NCBI RefSeq assembly: GCF_030684315.1
Contig: NC_081356.1
Span: forward strand, 101,537,242 to 101,601,241
DNA from: Stegostoma tigrinum
Taxonomy: Eukaryota
Length of the DNA stretch: 64,000 nucleotides
Direction of reading: 5' to 3'
This document shows, piece after piece, positions 62,996 to 64,000 of this stretch. A program made the translations under genes and the position numbers. The number at the start of each line of letters is the position of its first letter. The stretch's first letter is position 1. A model generated the notes under the pieces. It was given only the letters and a program-made list of their open reading frames with translations. It did not search any database and was not told the origin of the DNA.

Positions 62996-63929
62996 CTGTA
63001 GTGTCGTTCTTTTGGATTAAGTGGCCTTGTTAGAAAAAACAACTTCTCTTTTTCCACTTGGATACCCTACAGAACTCAGTATCGAGTTCAATGACTTTAA
63101 GGGTTGAACACTCCTTCCATGTCCTGACTGCATCACCCATGAAAGAAGCCTTGTCATCCATGGGCTGTTGCCACAAACAACCCACTATCAGCTACTAATG
63201 GCTCCACTGAGCAATTTTTAACTTCCTCCACACTGACCTTTACTTATTCATTTGACTGTACAGCTGTTCTTTCTCTGGGCTTTATAGCTATCGATTGTTT
63301 ACTCTTCCCACCCATCCTCAGTGCATATAGCAACCTTTCCCGAGGTACCCTCAATTCTGAAGAAGGGTCACTGGACCAGAAAAGTTAACTTTTCTTTTTC
63401 TGTCTACAGATGCTGTCAGTCCTGCTGAAATTTCCCAGTAACTTCTGTTTTTGTTTAATTTTGAGTCACAGGCTGTGGCATCATTGTAAAGACGCTATAC
63501 TGAATCAAACGTGACACTTTTGGTTTCTGAATCTTTATCAACACTGAATCATCATCTTTACAATTTGTTGAATGACCTGATGGTGGTTTGTACATTAACA
63601 GCAGCCCACAATTTGATAATGAAATATTGCAAAAGATTCAACAAAATAAGGCATTTTTTCAAAATCTTTGTGAATGGCTATTTTCCTTTAACCATCTACT
63701 TGCCCTGTTTGGAGTAAATGTGATCTTTGAATGGCTTTTTAAGGCACACATTCTTGGGTTAGTGACCAATGATCCTTGCAAATAATTGCAGCTTGGGTGT
63801 TATTTCTTCAAAGGTGTTTTTTGATCTCATTGGTTATTTGGCTTCTAAGTCTTTTCCACACTACATTCTTCATTCTTTTACAGAGACTACTGGAATTTCG
63901 ATAAAACATGTTGAACTGCAGTTTGAGAG

Positions 63930-64000
63930 GAGGCGATGGCCTAGTGGTATTATCGCTGGACTGTTAATCCAGAGACCCAGATAATGTTCTGGGGACCCAG
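63930..64000 (+). mobile_element. 5' head of a SacSINE1-like tRNA-derived SINE (runs off the window)
   Basis: TGGCCTAGTGGTATTATCGCTGGACTGTTAATCCAGAGACCCAG: A box and characteristic head. Confidence 0.6.

Overview
Vertebrate genomic DNA, almost certainly from a shark: it carries HE1-like V-SINEs, SacSINE1-like DeuSINEs, abundant CR1 LINEs and Penelope-like elements. All family and gene names here come from recall of known sequences, not from database searches. The + strand carries the 3' part of BDP1 (TFIIIB B'' subunit). I traced 22 coding exons from 2253 to the stop at 53859. All have GT-AG sites with matching phases, totalling 5486 nt (about 1830 codons), followed by a TE-free 3' UTR of about 2.6 kb. 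Exon 1 of MCCC2 starts at 61969 in a CpG-rich promoter, the same BDP1-MCCC2 order as in human. Most notable observations: (1) a family of Penelope-derived mini-elements carrying minimal hammerhead ribozyme cores with covarying helix II, including a perfect 194-bp palindrome with a 13-bp target-site duplication (TSD); (2) a 1.2-kb BDP1 exon made of a higher-order tandem repeat; (3) candidate poison and alternative-terminal exons in a TE-free intronic island; (4) an antisense tRNA-Lys relic with a T5 terminator inside a Pol III factor gene; (5) a local copy of a BDP1 exon inserted into a LINE; (6) multi-layer TE nests, including a hidden solo LTR.
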